A stretch of 64,000 bases of DNA, taken from the NCBI GenBank assembly GCA_965261595.1, contig CBDHDG010000006.1, positions 1,472,001 to 1,536,000 of the forward strand, in the 5' to 3' direction. How positions within the stretch are numbered: position 1 is the first letter of the stretch; each line of letters opens with the position of its first letter. Position numbers and translations under genes: made by a program. Positions 1 through 9,800 of this stretch are shown one piece after another. Under the pieces are notes generated by a model, which was not told the origin of the DNA, did no database searches, and worked only from the letters and a program-made list of their open reading frames with translations. This DNA is from a bacterium (GTDB taxonomy: Bacteria; UBA8248; JACPRG01; G963555815).

Positions 1-2
1 AC

Positions 3-1037
3 GGAACGACGGACCGGCCGGTTTGGGTGAGGGTGAATCTCACCATCCGGGGGGACGAAATGGAGGTGGACTGGTCCGAATCCGACAAGCAGGTGGATTT
101 CATCAATACGCCCACGGCCGTCACCCACGCCTGCACCTACATCCCCCTCCTCATGTCCGTGGACCCCGACGTCCACTTCAACGCGGGAAGCTGCCGGCCC
201 GTCCGGATCATCGCCCCGAAAGGGACGGTCGTGAACCCGTCCTACCCGGCCAACATCGGGGCGTGCAACAACCACCTGGGCAATGAGTTGATTTTCGCCA
301 TGTTCATGGCCCTGGGTCAGGCCGTTCCCCGGGGCGTGAGCGCCGGATGGGCCAACCACGTCTCCTTCGTGACTTTCGGAGACGACCCGCGCGAGATGGA
401 CCCGGAGTCCGGGTCCCACAAGCGGTTCTTTTTCACCGTGTTCGGACCCGGCGGCGGCGGCGGCGCCGTTTGGGGCCACGACGGCTGGCCGCATGTTTCG
501 CCCCCGATCATGGCCGGCGGGCTGATGAAGAACACGGTGGAGATCACCGAGATCATGACCCCATGGCGCACCCTCCATTACGGTCTCCTGAAGGACTCGG
601 CGGGGCCCGGCCGGTGGCGGGGCGGCGTCGGCACGCATTACGAGATGGTCGACGACCACGGCGGCCGCGTCTACATCAACACGGGAACCTGCTCCGGGCA
701 GAAATTCAAACCCTTCGGCCAGGACGGCGGCAAGGAGGGGATCTACCACGATCTTCACTTCCGCAGGAACGGGGAGCGCATCCAATTCCGGACGATGTCC
801 CAGGTCCAGTATCAGCAGGGGGACGTCGTCGTCGGAAAGACCAGCGGCGGCGGCGGCGTCGGCGACCCCTTCGAACGATCCGTCGAGGCGGTGCGAGAGG
901 ATGTGCTGAACGAGCTGGTCTCCATCGAGGCGGCCCGGGCGGAATATGGCGTGGTCATCCATCCGAAGACGCTGGAAGCCGATGTACAAGCCACGCGGGC
1001 GCTTCGGTCCGCGGGAACGGGGTCGGGAGGAGAGTAG
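3..1037 (+). CDS. Hydantoinase B/oxoprolinase family protein (5'-truncated by window edge)
   Basis: Motifs GGGGGA..GHDG, DSAGPGRWRGG, GGGGVGDPFER, VSIEAARAEYGVV; the frame is open back to the window start. Confidence 0.9.
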   Translation, partial: GTTDRPVWVRVNLTIRGDEMEVDWSESDKQVDFINTPTAVTHACTYIPLLMSVDPDVHFNAGSCRPVRIIAPKGTVVNPSYPANIGACNNHLGNELIFAMFMALGQAVPRGVSAGWANHVSFVTFGDDPREMDPESGSHKRFFFTVFGPGGGGGAVWGHDGWPHVSPPIMAGGLMKNTVEITEIMTPWRTLHYGLLKDSAGPGRWRGGVGTHYEMVDDHGGRVYINTGTCSGQKFKPFGQDGGKEGIYHDLHFRRNGERIQFRTMSQVQYQQGDVVVGKTSGGGGVGDPFERSVEAVREDVLNELVSIEAARAEYGVVIHPKTLEADVQATRALRSAGTGSGGE

Positions 1038-1155
1038 GCCGGGCGAACGTCCGGGATTGGGTGTTCTTCATATTCGCCCGATGCGTGGTTCATGATCATC
1101 GGGCTGAACCCGGGAGCGTAAAGTGACGCAAGGCCCAAACAGCGTTGAGGTGAAA

Positions 1156-2433
1156 ATGGATCTGGTCATTCGCGAGGCGCGTCTCCGCGGGCGCGACGGT
1201 TTACATGATATCGGCGTCCGCGGCGGACGGATTGCGGCCATCGAAAAGACCGTGGCGGAGAAGGGGGAGCAGGAGGTCGACGCGGCCGGCCGGCTCGTCA
1301 CCGCCTCGTTCGCGAACCCGCACATCCATGTGGACAAGGCGTTTCTCGCCGAAAGAATGGACCGGTCGCGTCCGCGCTTGTGGGATGACGCGCTGGATGA
1401 GACCGTTCCCCTCAAGCGGGAGTACACGCCGGAGCAGTTGATGGAATCCGGAAGCCGAATCGTGGAGATGGCGGCCTCTTTCGGGCACACCTGTATCCGG
1501 GCGTTTGTCGACGTGGACACCATCGCGGGACTCCGGCCGGTCGAGGCGGCGCTCGAAGTCAAGAGAAAATACGCGGACGTCATGGACATCCGGGTGTGCG
1601 CCTTTCCACAGGAGGCGATTCTCCGCGATCCGGGAACCGAAGACCTCCTGGTCCGGGCGATGGAGATGGGCGCCGACGACGTGGGCGGATTGCCGTGGAT
1701 CGAGTGGTCCGACGAGAGCATGCGAAAGCACATCGACATCGTGTTCGACATCGCCAACCGGTTCCGGCGGGACATTCACATGCTTATCGACAATAACAAC
1801 GACCCGACGTCGCGGAGCATCGAATTTCTGGCGGACAAAGTCATCCGGGACGGTTTCGACGGCCGGGTCACGGCGGGCCACGTCGAGGCCCTTTGCGTCT
1901 ACGACGACGTTCACGCCACAAGGGTCATTCGCATGATTCGCGAGGCGGGCATCCATATCGTTTCCAATCCGCACATCAGCCTGAGCGGGCGCGGCCGTTT
2001 GAACGCCCAGCCGATTCTGAGAGGACTCACCCGCGTCAAGGAGCTTTTGGAAGCGGGCGTCCCGGTCTCCTGCGGTCAGGACGACGTGATGGACCCGTTC
2101 TACAACTTCGGGAAAATGGATCAGTTGGAGGTCGGGTTGTTCATGGCCCACGCCGCCCACCTGACCTCGTCGGCGGAGCTGGAGACGGTCTATGACATGA
2201 TCACGGTCAACGCGGCCCACGCGATGGGCGTCGATGACCTTGGAATGGAAGTCGGGAATCGGGCGGACATGATCGTTCTCGATACGCAAAGCGTTTGGAA
2301 CGCCTTCCGCCTGAGACCGGATTGCCTGTACGTCATCAAAGGCGGGCGGATCACGGCGAAGTCCCGCTCGGAACGGCAAGTCATGCGCTCCGGGGGGCTG
2401 GAGCCTCTTTCGTTGGAAGGGTTTCCCTCCTAG
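1156..2433 (+). CDS. Cytosine/creatinine deaminase-like amidohydrolase
   Basis: PHIHVDK metal motif, AFPQE, VGGLPW, RGLTRVKELL, GQDDVMDPFY; GAGG RBS before ATG 1156. Confidence 0.85.
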   Translation: MDLVIREARLRGRDGLHDIGVRGGRIAAIEKTVAEKGEQEVDAAGRLVTASFANPHIHVDKAFLAERMDRSRPRLWDDALDETVPLKREYTPEQLMESGSRIVEMAASFGHTCIRAFVDVDTIAGLRPVEAALEVKRKYADVMDIRVCAFPQEAILRDPGTEDLLVRAMEMGADDVGGLPWIEWSDESMRKHIDIVFDIANRFRRDIHMLIDNNNDPTSRSIEFLADKVIRDGFDGRVTAGHVEALCVYDDVHATRVIRMIREAGIHIVSNPHISLSGRGRLNAQPILRGLTRVKELLEAGVPVSCGQDDVMDPFYNFGKMDQLEVGLFMAHAAHLTSSAELETVYDMITVNAAHAMGVDDLGMEVGNRADMIVLDTQSVWNAFRLRPDCLYVIKGGRITAKSRSERQVMRSGGLEPLSLEGFPS

Positions 2434-2555
2434 AAGTCGTGAAGTATTTCCAAATTAAATTGACGCTTCACAAATTGCAGAGAAGGCGGGCAAGGGGTCA
2501 ACCGACCCAAACGCCCGCCCTGCCTGTTTTGAAAACACCGGGCTTCCACCGTTCG

Positions 2556-2578
2556 GTAGGCCGGGCATCTTGCCCGGC
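2556..2578 (+). repeat. REP-like element (GTAG + GCCGGGC-ATCTT-GCCCGGC palindrome)
   Basis: Identical 23-mer at 34535-34557; lies between convergent genes. Confidence 0.7.
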
Positions 2579-2618
2579 AGGAAAGTACGAAAATCGGGTC
2601 TGGCCCGATTGATTTCTC

Positions 2619-3269
2619 TTATACAACCGCTTGAAGACAAGCATAATTGGTGGCGGCCGTTGGATTCTCCAATTCTTCTTCCAGCATGATCAAGCATTGG
2701 ACCTCGCGAAAACCGACTTCCTGAAGAATCTCAAGATGGCGTGATATCAGGAACCGTCCCGGTTCATATTCGTGCTTGGCCCCGTCCGGTTTCACGAAAT
2801 CTCCATTCAGCAACATTCCGCCTTCCGGAAGGAGCCGGCGACAGGCCCGGTAGACATTCCGGGTGTTTTTCTCGCTCCCGAGATCGTGCAAAACCCAGGT
2901 CGAAACAATGGCGCCGACGGGACGTGAAATCTTTCCCCCCCAATCTTCCGTTGTCAGATCCGCCTGCGTAAACTGAACCCGGGAATCATGGGAACCAAGA
3001 CGAGCGGCTGCCAGATCGAGCATCGAGTGGGAGAAGTCGACCCCTTCATAAGTGACCCCGGGGATTGCCTCCAGCAGTCGCGCCGCAAGATAGCCCGGGC
3101 CGATGCCCAACTCGACAATGTGTCGTGAAGGCAAAACCGTTTCGGTGATTCGGTCGATGATGGCGTCAAAGAGTTGGAGACGTTCAGGGGTTGGAACAAA
3201 GCGGTCGGACCATTCAGAAGCATACTGATCGTCGTGGAATTCATGCCGGGCGCCAACGACATTTTCCAT
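2619..3269 (-). CDS. Class I SAM-dependent methyltransferase
   Basis: VELGIGPG motif I, GVDFS, QADL, LLPEGG; AGGAG RBS. Confidence 0.85.
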   Translation of the reverse strand: MENVVGARHEFHDDQYASEWSDRFVPTPERLQLFDAIIDRITETVLPSRHIVELGIGPGYLAARLLEAIPGVTYEGVDFSHSMLDLAAARLGSHDSRVQFTQADLTTEDWGGKISRPVGAIVSTWVLHDLGSEKNTRNVYRACRRLLPEGGMLLNGDFVKPDGAKHEYEPGRFLISRHLEILQEVGFREVQCLIMLEEELENPTAATNYACLQAVV

Positions 3270-3646
3270 CAGCTTCTCCTGGAATGACCACCGGCAAGTT
3301 GCCGGGAAAATCTTTTGCGGGCTTGAGCGGAGCTCTCACCTGAATCGGAATGCCGGGTCGAGCGTGAATCACACCCCCGAAAAATATGTGATCGGATACG
3401 TGATGGAGTCAAGTCTGGTGATCGGATCAGCCTGGATTTCTTGCCCAGCGATGATCTTGCGGTTCGCGCGCCGGATGAATCACCATTGGCGGATTGTTTC
3501 AGCACCCCGCGAATGCGCCCAATTTGTCCTTTGCGTGGGAATGAGCCCTCTTATATAACGGGGGCGGAGAAAGCGGTGGACGAGAACCTGACCCAAGTCC
3601 GGGTCGTTTCGTTGAGGGGGAGGGGGAGGGGGAGGGGGAGAGCGAT

Positions 3647-4072
3647 ATGAATTTCGAAGAGGCCCGGCCGTTTTTCGAGCGTCATCACTGGAGCGTTGTA
3701 ACGACCCATCAGGCCAACGGCGCGGCGCACTCGAGCATCGTCGTCTGCGGGGCGCACCAGGGGCATGCCGCGTTCGTGTCCGTGCACGGCAAATCGGCCA
3801 AGATCAGAAACCTGCGCCGCGACCCGCGTTGCAGCGTCTTGGCCGTCTCGAAAACCTGGCATAGCTGGGTGACCGTCGAGGGCGAGGCGCGATTGTTCGG
3901 TTATGACAATACGGACGCCGAAGAGGTTCGGAAGCTGCTCCGCGAGGTTTATCGGGCCTGCGGGGATCAAGAGCACCCGGATTGGGAGGAGTTCGACCGG
4001 GCGATGGTGGCCCAGGAGGGCGTGGTCGTCCTGGTTCGTCCCGATCGGGTGTACGGTCAGGTGCGTGAATAG
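3647..4072 (+). CDS. PPOX-class (pyridoxamine 5'-phosphate oxidase-like), probably F420-dependent, oxidoreductase
   Basis: AKIRNLRRDPRCS, VTVEGEA, HPDWEEFDRAM signature. Confidence 0.85.
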   Translation: MNFEEARPFFERHHWSVVTTHQANGAAHSSIVVCGAHQGHAAFVSVHGKSAKIRNLRRDPRCSVLAVSKTWHSWVTVEGEARLFGYDNTDAEEVRKLLREVYRACGDQEHPDWEEFDRAMVAQEGVVVLVRPDRVYGQVRE

Positions 4073-4101
4073 GCCCGTTATCCATCGGGAGAAAAGCCAT
4101 C

Positions 4102-4941
4102 ATGACGACGGAGGCGTATGTGGAAACCTTCAACCTGGGCGGGGACCTGGAAATCCGGCGGATGGGGTTCGGAACCCTCTTTATCACCACCGGCAGGGGC
4201 TTCGGGCCGCCCAGGGCCGGGGCCGGAGAGCTTCTGAAAGAGGCCGTCCGCTTGGGGGTGAACTTCATCGACACGGCCGACTCATACGGGCCGGAGCACG
4301 CCGAGAACGCGGTGCGCGAAGCGCTGCACCCCTACCGGGGCCTGGTCATCACGACGAAGGGCGGGTTCCGGCATCCCACCGAGTCCACTTGGACGCCGGA
4401 TGGAAGACCGGAGCATCTACGCTACGCCCTGGAGGGGAGCCTGAAGCGCCTTCAGGTGGACCGGATCGACCTCTACCAGTTTCATACGCCTGACTCCCGA
4501 GTCCCGTTTTCGGAGTCCATCGGCGCGCTCAGGGATTTTCAACAAGAGGGCAAGATCCGGCATATCGGCGTATCGAACGTCAACCTCGACCAGCTCACGG
4601 AAGCCTGCCGGGAAGTCAACGTCGTCTCGGTCCAAAACCTTTTTAACGTCACGTCCCGAGACGGCCATGACGTGCAGGAATTTTGTGAGAAAAAGGGAAT
4701 CGCGTACATCCCCTGGAGGCCCCTGGCGAACGGTCAGCTTCCCCTGGATGACGACGGAATGCGGGAAGTCGCCGGCAAGCACGGCGCGACGGTCGCGCAG
4801 GTGATGCTGGCCGGCCTGCTCCACCGCTCCAAGGTGATCCTCCCGATCCCCGGAACCGGATCGATCGACCACCTCCGGGAGAATGTCGCCGCCGAGCGGC
4901 TTCGGCTCGACAAGGATGACCTCGCGCGCTTGTGGCGTTGA
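4102..4941 (+). CDS. Aldo/keto reductase
   Basis: FIDTADSYG, TKGG, SLKRLQVDRIDLYQFH, IGVSN, PIPGT. Confidence 0.92.
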   Translation: MTTEAYVETFNLGGDLEIRRMGFGTLFITTGRGFGPPRAGAGELLKEAVRLGVNFIDTADSYGPEHAENAVREALHPYRGLVITTKGGFRHPTESTWTPDGRPEHLRYALEGSLKRLQVDRIDLYQFHTPDSRVPFSESIGALRDFQQEGKIRHIGVSNVNLDQLTEACREVNVVSVQNLFNVTSRDGHDVQEFCEKKGIAYIPWRPLANGQLPLDDDGMREVAGKHGATVAQVMLAGLLHRSKVILPIPGTGSIDHLRENVAAERLRLDKDDLARLWR

Positions 4942-5065
4942 CCCGGATGTCCAACCCGCTGAAGATCGAAACGATCAGATTGCCCCTTCGGGCGGCTGGG
5001 GTTTTTTGGATGTAGACGCCGGTCTAAGCCCGCCCCCGAATGAATCCATCGGGGGTCCCGTCTCG

Positions 5066-5968
5066 TCACCCTTCAGCGCCCCCCCCCCCTCCCCCCCCTT
5101 CGAAGACGAACCTCCAGGCGTCGCCGCCTCGGACGATTCGGCCGCCCGAGGGCGTCGGGAAGTGCGCGGGCAGAACCAGCGTATCCGTCTCGGCGTAGCG
5201 GTCCAGGAAGGACCGCCGCGTTCGCCGCGACAGCGCCGGGTCGGAGCAGAAACAGGTGCTCCAATCGGGTTCGGCGCACTGGACGGCGTGGTGCATCAGG
5301 TCGCCCGTCATGACCGCCTCCCGGCCGCCGGACGACAGGTGGAGGCAGACCTGCCCCGGCGTGTGCCCCGGCGTCGGTGAGAGCCAGATCCCGTCCTCGA
5401 TGGCGTGATCGTTTTCAACGAACACGGCCTGGCCGGCCTCGACCACCGGGAGGATGCTGTCCTCGTAGTGGTGCGATTCGATCGACCCGGAGTCTTTGAA
5501 TTCCGCCTGCCAAAACTCCCATTCCCGGCGCCCGAAAAGATACCGGGCGTTCGGAAAGGTCGGCGTCCACCGGCCGTCCAACAGGCGGGTGTTCCAGCCG
5601 ACGTGGTCGACGTGCAGGTGGGTGCAGAGGACGAAGTCCACGTCCTCGGGCCGGACGCCGCTCGCCGAGAGGTTATCCAGATAGGGCCACCGGTTCATGT
5701 GGTAGCGGGCCCGATCCGGCCGGTTCTTATCGTTGCCGCCGCACGTGTCGACCAGGATGATGTGGCGCGGGGTTCGGATGACGAAGGAGTGAAAGGCGAG
5801 GATGAGCATCCCGGTTTCGGGGTCGAGCAGGCCGGGCTCCAGCCAGTGTCGGTGGGTATCGATCGCTTCCTTGGTCGCGTCGGGGAAAAGCACGTAAGGG
5901 TCCAGCACCGGCGCCTCGAACTCGATCACCCGCTCAATCGTGAAATCCCCCACGCGCCACTTGTCCAT
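5066..5968 (-). CDS. MBL-fold metallo-hydrolase (lactonase-like)
   Basis: THLHVDHVGWN, TPGHTPG, GDLMH, PAHF; the 3' end runs into a poly-G tract, so the stop is uncertain. Confidence 0.88.
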   Translation of the reverse strand: MDKWRVGDFTIERVIEFEAPVLDPYVLFPDATKEAIDTHRHWLEPGLLDPETGMLILAFHSFVIRTPRHIILVDTCGGNDKNRPDRARYHMNRWPYLDNLSASGVRPEDVDFVLCTHLHVDHVGWNTRLLDGRWTPTFPNARYLFGRREWEFWQAEFKDSGSIESHHYEDSILPVVEAGQAVFVENDHAIEDGIWLSPTPGHTPGQVCLHLSSGGREAVMTGDLMHHAVQCAEPDWSTCFCSDPALSRRTRRSFLDRYAETDTLVLPAHFPTPSGGRIVRGGDAWRFVFEGGGGGGGAEG

Positions 5969-6247
5969 GACGGCCCCCTCCTCTTCTTTGGTCTTTGCGG
6001 CGGATTGCGGATTTTGCTGAACCCGTCGCGGTGGTGATCAGGACATGAATTTCAAATATTGACCCACACCGGACCGGTTCCGATGGAGAACAAGACGTAT
6101 CTCGGAATATACTATGAGCGCCCTGTCTATTTCTCGTTTGGAGAAGGCGCGGTGATTCAGTCGGCAAAGTGGGGATGCTGAAAAGGGTGACGCGGTCCGC
6201 AAAATCGCCGACGCTGACAACCCAGATTGAGGAGGGAGGAGAAAATT

Positions 6248-6796
6248 ATGGCCTATGTCCGGCAGATCGAGGCCGCCGAAGCGACCGGCGAGCTCAAAGA
6301 GTTCTACGACAAGCTCATCGTAAGAGACGGGTGCGTCCGGGGCATCTTCAAGCTGTCCAGCCTGAGACCCAGCGTGCTGTTCGGCCTCAGCGCGCTCTAC
6401 GAGGCCGTGTTCTATGCACCCTCGGGCCTGTCCCGGGCGCAAAGGGAAATGGTGGCCATCGTCGTCTCCGCCGTCAACGGGTGCGAGTACTGAGTGGACA
6501 ATCACGGAGGGTCTCTCCGTAAAGAAACCGGCGACGACGCGCTCACCCGGCAGATCATGGAGGATTTCAGGAAAGCGGATGTCGACGCCCGGACGATGAG
6601 GATGCTGGAGTATTCAGAGAAGCTGACCCTGCACCCCAAAGAAATGTCGGAAGCGGACCTGACGCCCATGCGGGAGGAAGGCATGACCGACGAAGACATC
6701 TTCGACGTGGTGCAGATCGTCGGTTACTTCAACTACACCAACCGCCGGGCGAACGGTTTGGGGGTGGACCCGGACGCGGAAAAACGGGCCCGGTGA
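6248..6796 (+). CDS. AhpD/peroxidase-related selenoprotein (CxxU; TGA 6491-6493 read as Sec82)
   Basis: REMVAIVVSAVNGCEY-TGA-VDNHG continues in frame to YFNYTNRRANGLG; the TGA falls on the second Cys of the AhpD CxxC; hairpin downstream. Confidence 0.85.
6504..6520 (+). promoter_or_regulatory. Bacterial SECIS-like hairpin
   Basis: Stem ACGGAG/CTCCGT with loop GGTCT; the loop starts 17 nt after the TGA. Confidence 0.7.
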
Positions 6797-6886
6797 CGGA
6801 GGCGCGGGGGCCGGACGCGGCCGGGTTTCGGCCCTTCTCAAATCGGCGGAGGGGTTCGGTCCGCCGTCGCGCGCCCATCGCCCGGA

Positions 6887-9800
6887 TCAGACCGAAAAAT
6901 ATTTCGCCTGCGGGTGATGGATGACGATGGCCGAGGTGCTCTGCTCGGGGTGAAGCTGGTCTTCTTCGCTCATCTCGATCCCGATCCGCTCCGCGCCCAG
7001 AAGATCCAGAAGCTTGCGCTGGTCCGCCAGGTTCGGACAGGCCGGGTAGCCGAAGGAGTAGCGCGACCCCCGGTAGCCCTGCTTGAGCATCCTGTGGATG
7101 TTCCGCTCGTCCAGGTGTCCGAAGCCGAGTTCCGCCCGGATTCGTTTGTGGATGTATTCGGCCAACGCCTCGGCCGTCTCGACGCCGAGGCCGTGCAGGT
7201 AGAGGTAATCCTGGTAGCGGTTTTCGGCGAACCACTCCCGGGCGGTGTCCGAGGCCCGCTGGCCGATGGTCACCGCCTGGAGCGCGATGACGTCCCGCTC
7301 GCCTGTCCCGATGTCCCGGAAGAAGTCGGCGATGCAGAGTCCGTCCTTCCGGGTTTGGCGCGGCAGGTGGAAACGGGCGGCCTCCCGCTCGCCGGTTTCG
7401 TCGAACAGGACCACATCGTCGCCCTCGGACGCCGCTTTCCAGTATCCATACGCCGCCTGGGGAGCGAAGGTCTTTTCTTCGATGACCGTCCGGACCATCC
7501 GGGTGAGAATCGGGCGGATTTCCCGGCCGATCCAGGATTTGAGGTCCGCTACGGAGCGCCCGCTTTTTTTGAACCCCCACTGGAAGTGGAAAAGCATGGT
7601 TTCATTCAGGTAGGGGACCAGCGACTTGAGGGAGATCCGCTCGACGAGGCGCGGCCCCCAAAATGGGGGATCGGGCACGTCCACAGCGTCGGCCAGCTCG
7701 GCCCGCCTCAACCGGATCTCCTCGAGTGCGACGGGACGGAGGATGTCTTCGCGGGTGGTTTTCTCGGCGTCCGGTTTCTTCGGGGCCGGCCGGCGGGCGC
7801 GCCTTTTCCGGGCCGCTTCGATGTGCGCGTCGAATGTGCCCTCCGCCACCTTGGCCATCAAGTCCAGGCCGCCGAAGGCGTCCGGGGCGTAAGCCACCCC
7901 CCCCCCCGATTCATAGGCGCGGGCGCAATCTTCCTCGACATACTTGCGTGTCAGCGCGGCCCCGCCCAGAAACACGGGCGCGGTGATCCCCTGCCGGGTC
8001 ATTTCCTCCAGGTTCTCCCGCATGATGACCGTCGATTTCACCAGCAGACCGGACATCCCGATGGCGTCGGCCTCGTGCGTCCGGGCCGCTTCGAGAATCG
8101 AGGCGATGGGCTGCTTGATGCCGAGGTTGATGACCCGGTAGCCGTTGTTGGTCAGGATGATGTCGACCAGGTTTTTGCCGATGTCGTGCACGTCCCCCTT
8201 CACCGTGGCCAGGACGATGGTGCCCTTGGTCCGGCCTTCGACCCGCTCCATGTGCGGTTCAAGGTGGGCGACCGCCGCCTTCATGGTCTCGGCCGACTGG
8301 AGAACGAAGGGGAGCTGCATCTGGCCCGATCCGAACAGTTCCCCGACCACCTTCATCCCGTCGAGAAGGTGGATGTTGACGATGTCGAGGGGCGGATGCT
8401 TTTGGAGGGCCTCGTCCAGGTCCGCTTCGAGACCCTGGCGGTCGCCGTCGATGATCCGCCGCTTCAGCCTCTCCTCGACCTCCGCGGGCCGCTCCTTCAC
8501 CGTCTCCTTCGCGGCGGTCCGGTCCTCGAAATGGGCGATGAAGGAATGGAGCGGGTCGTAGCCCTCGCTTCGCCAGTCGAAGATGAGGTCTTCGGCGGAC
8601 TTCAGCTCGTCCGGCGGAATCCGGTGCAGGGGCATGATCTTGCTGGCGTGCAGGATGGCGCTCGTCAGCCCCCGCTTCAGGGCGTGGTCCAGGTAGACCG
8701 AGTTGAGGACGTGCCGCGACGCCGGCTTGAGGCCGAAGGAGATGTTCGAGAGTCCCAGGATGATCTGGCATTCGGGAAGCTCGTCGTGGAGCCGCTCGAT
8801 GGCCTCCAGGGTCCAGAGCCCGAGCTTGCGGTCGTCCTCGTTGCCCGTGCAGATGGTGAACGTCAGCGGGTCGAACAACAGGTCGGATGCGGGCAGCCCG
8901 TGGCGGTTGCAGGCGAAGTCGTGGAGCCGGAGGGCGATGCGCATCTTGGCCTCGACGGTCTTGGCCATGCCCGCCTCGTCGATGGTCAGGGCGATGACCG
9001 CCGCGCCGAACTTTTTCGCCAGCCCCAGCCGCGCCGCGGGGGGATCCTCTCCGTCCTCGAAGTTGATCGAGTTGATCACCGCCTTGCCGCCGTAGAGCTT
9101 CAGCGCAGTTTCGAGGACCGGCAGCTCGGTCGAATCGAGGACCAACGGGACGGTGACGGCGCCGCGCATGCGGGAGATCACCGCGGTCATGTCGGACACC
9201 TCGTCCCGGCCGACGAACGCGGTGCACACGTCCAGGGCGTGGGAGCCTTCTTTTTCCTGCTCCCGCCCCATGCCTACCGCGCCGTCCCAGTCTTCCTGTT
9301 CCTGGAACCGCCGGAATTTCTTCGATCCGTTGGCGTTGCACCGCTCCCCGATGGACAGGAAGGCGTTTTCCTGCCGCATGGGGATCTGCTGGTAAAGCGA
9401 CGCGAGGGACGGAACCCGGTGCACCGATCTCTGGACCGGCGCGGGCCGGCGGCCCCGGGCGCGTTTTCGGAGCATCTCGTCCAGCGCGGCGATGTGGGCG
9501 GGCGTGGTCCCGCAACAGCCGCCGATGATGTGAATCCCGTCTTTTTCAACGAAGCGCTCCATCCACTTCGCCATCTCCGGCGCCTCCAGCGGGTAGTGGG
9601 TCCGGCCGTCGACCAGCTCGGGCAGGCCGGCGTTCGGGACGAGGGAGATCTTGCCGGGCCAGGAATCCCCCAGCCACTTGACGTGCTCGGCCATCTCCTG
9701 GGGTCCGGTGCCGCAGTTCATCCCGATGATGGGAACGTCGAGGGCGTCAATGATGGTCGCCGCCACCGCGATCTCGGCCCCGACCAGCAGTGTCCCCGTC

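Noticed and set aside
3270..3610. Short ORFs between the methyltransferase and PPOX genes
   Set aside because: No convincing RBS or protein motif; probably intergenic or decayed sequence
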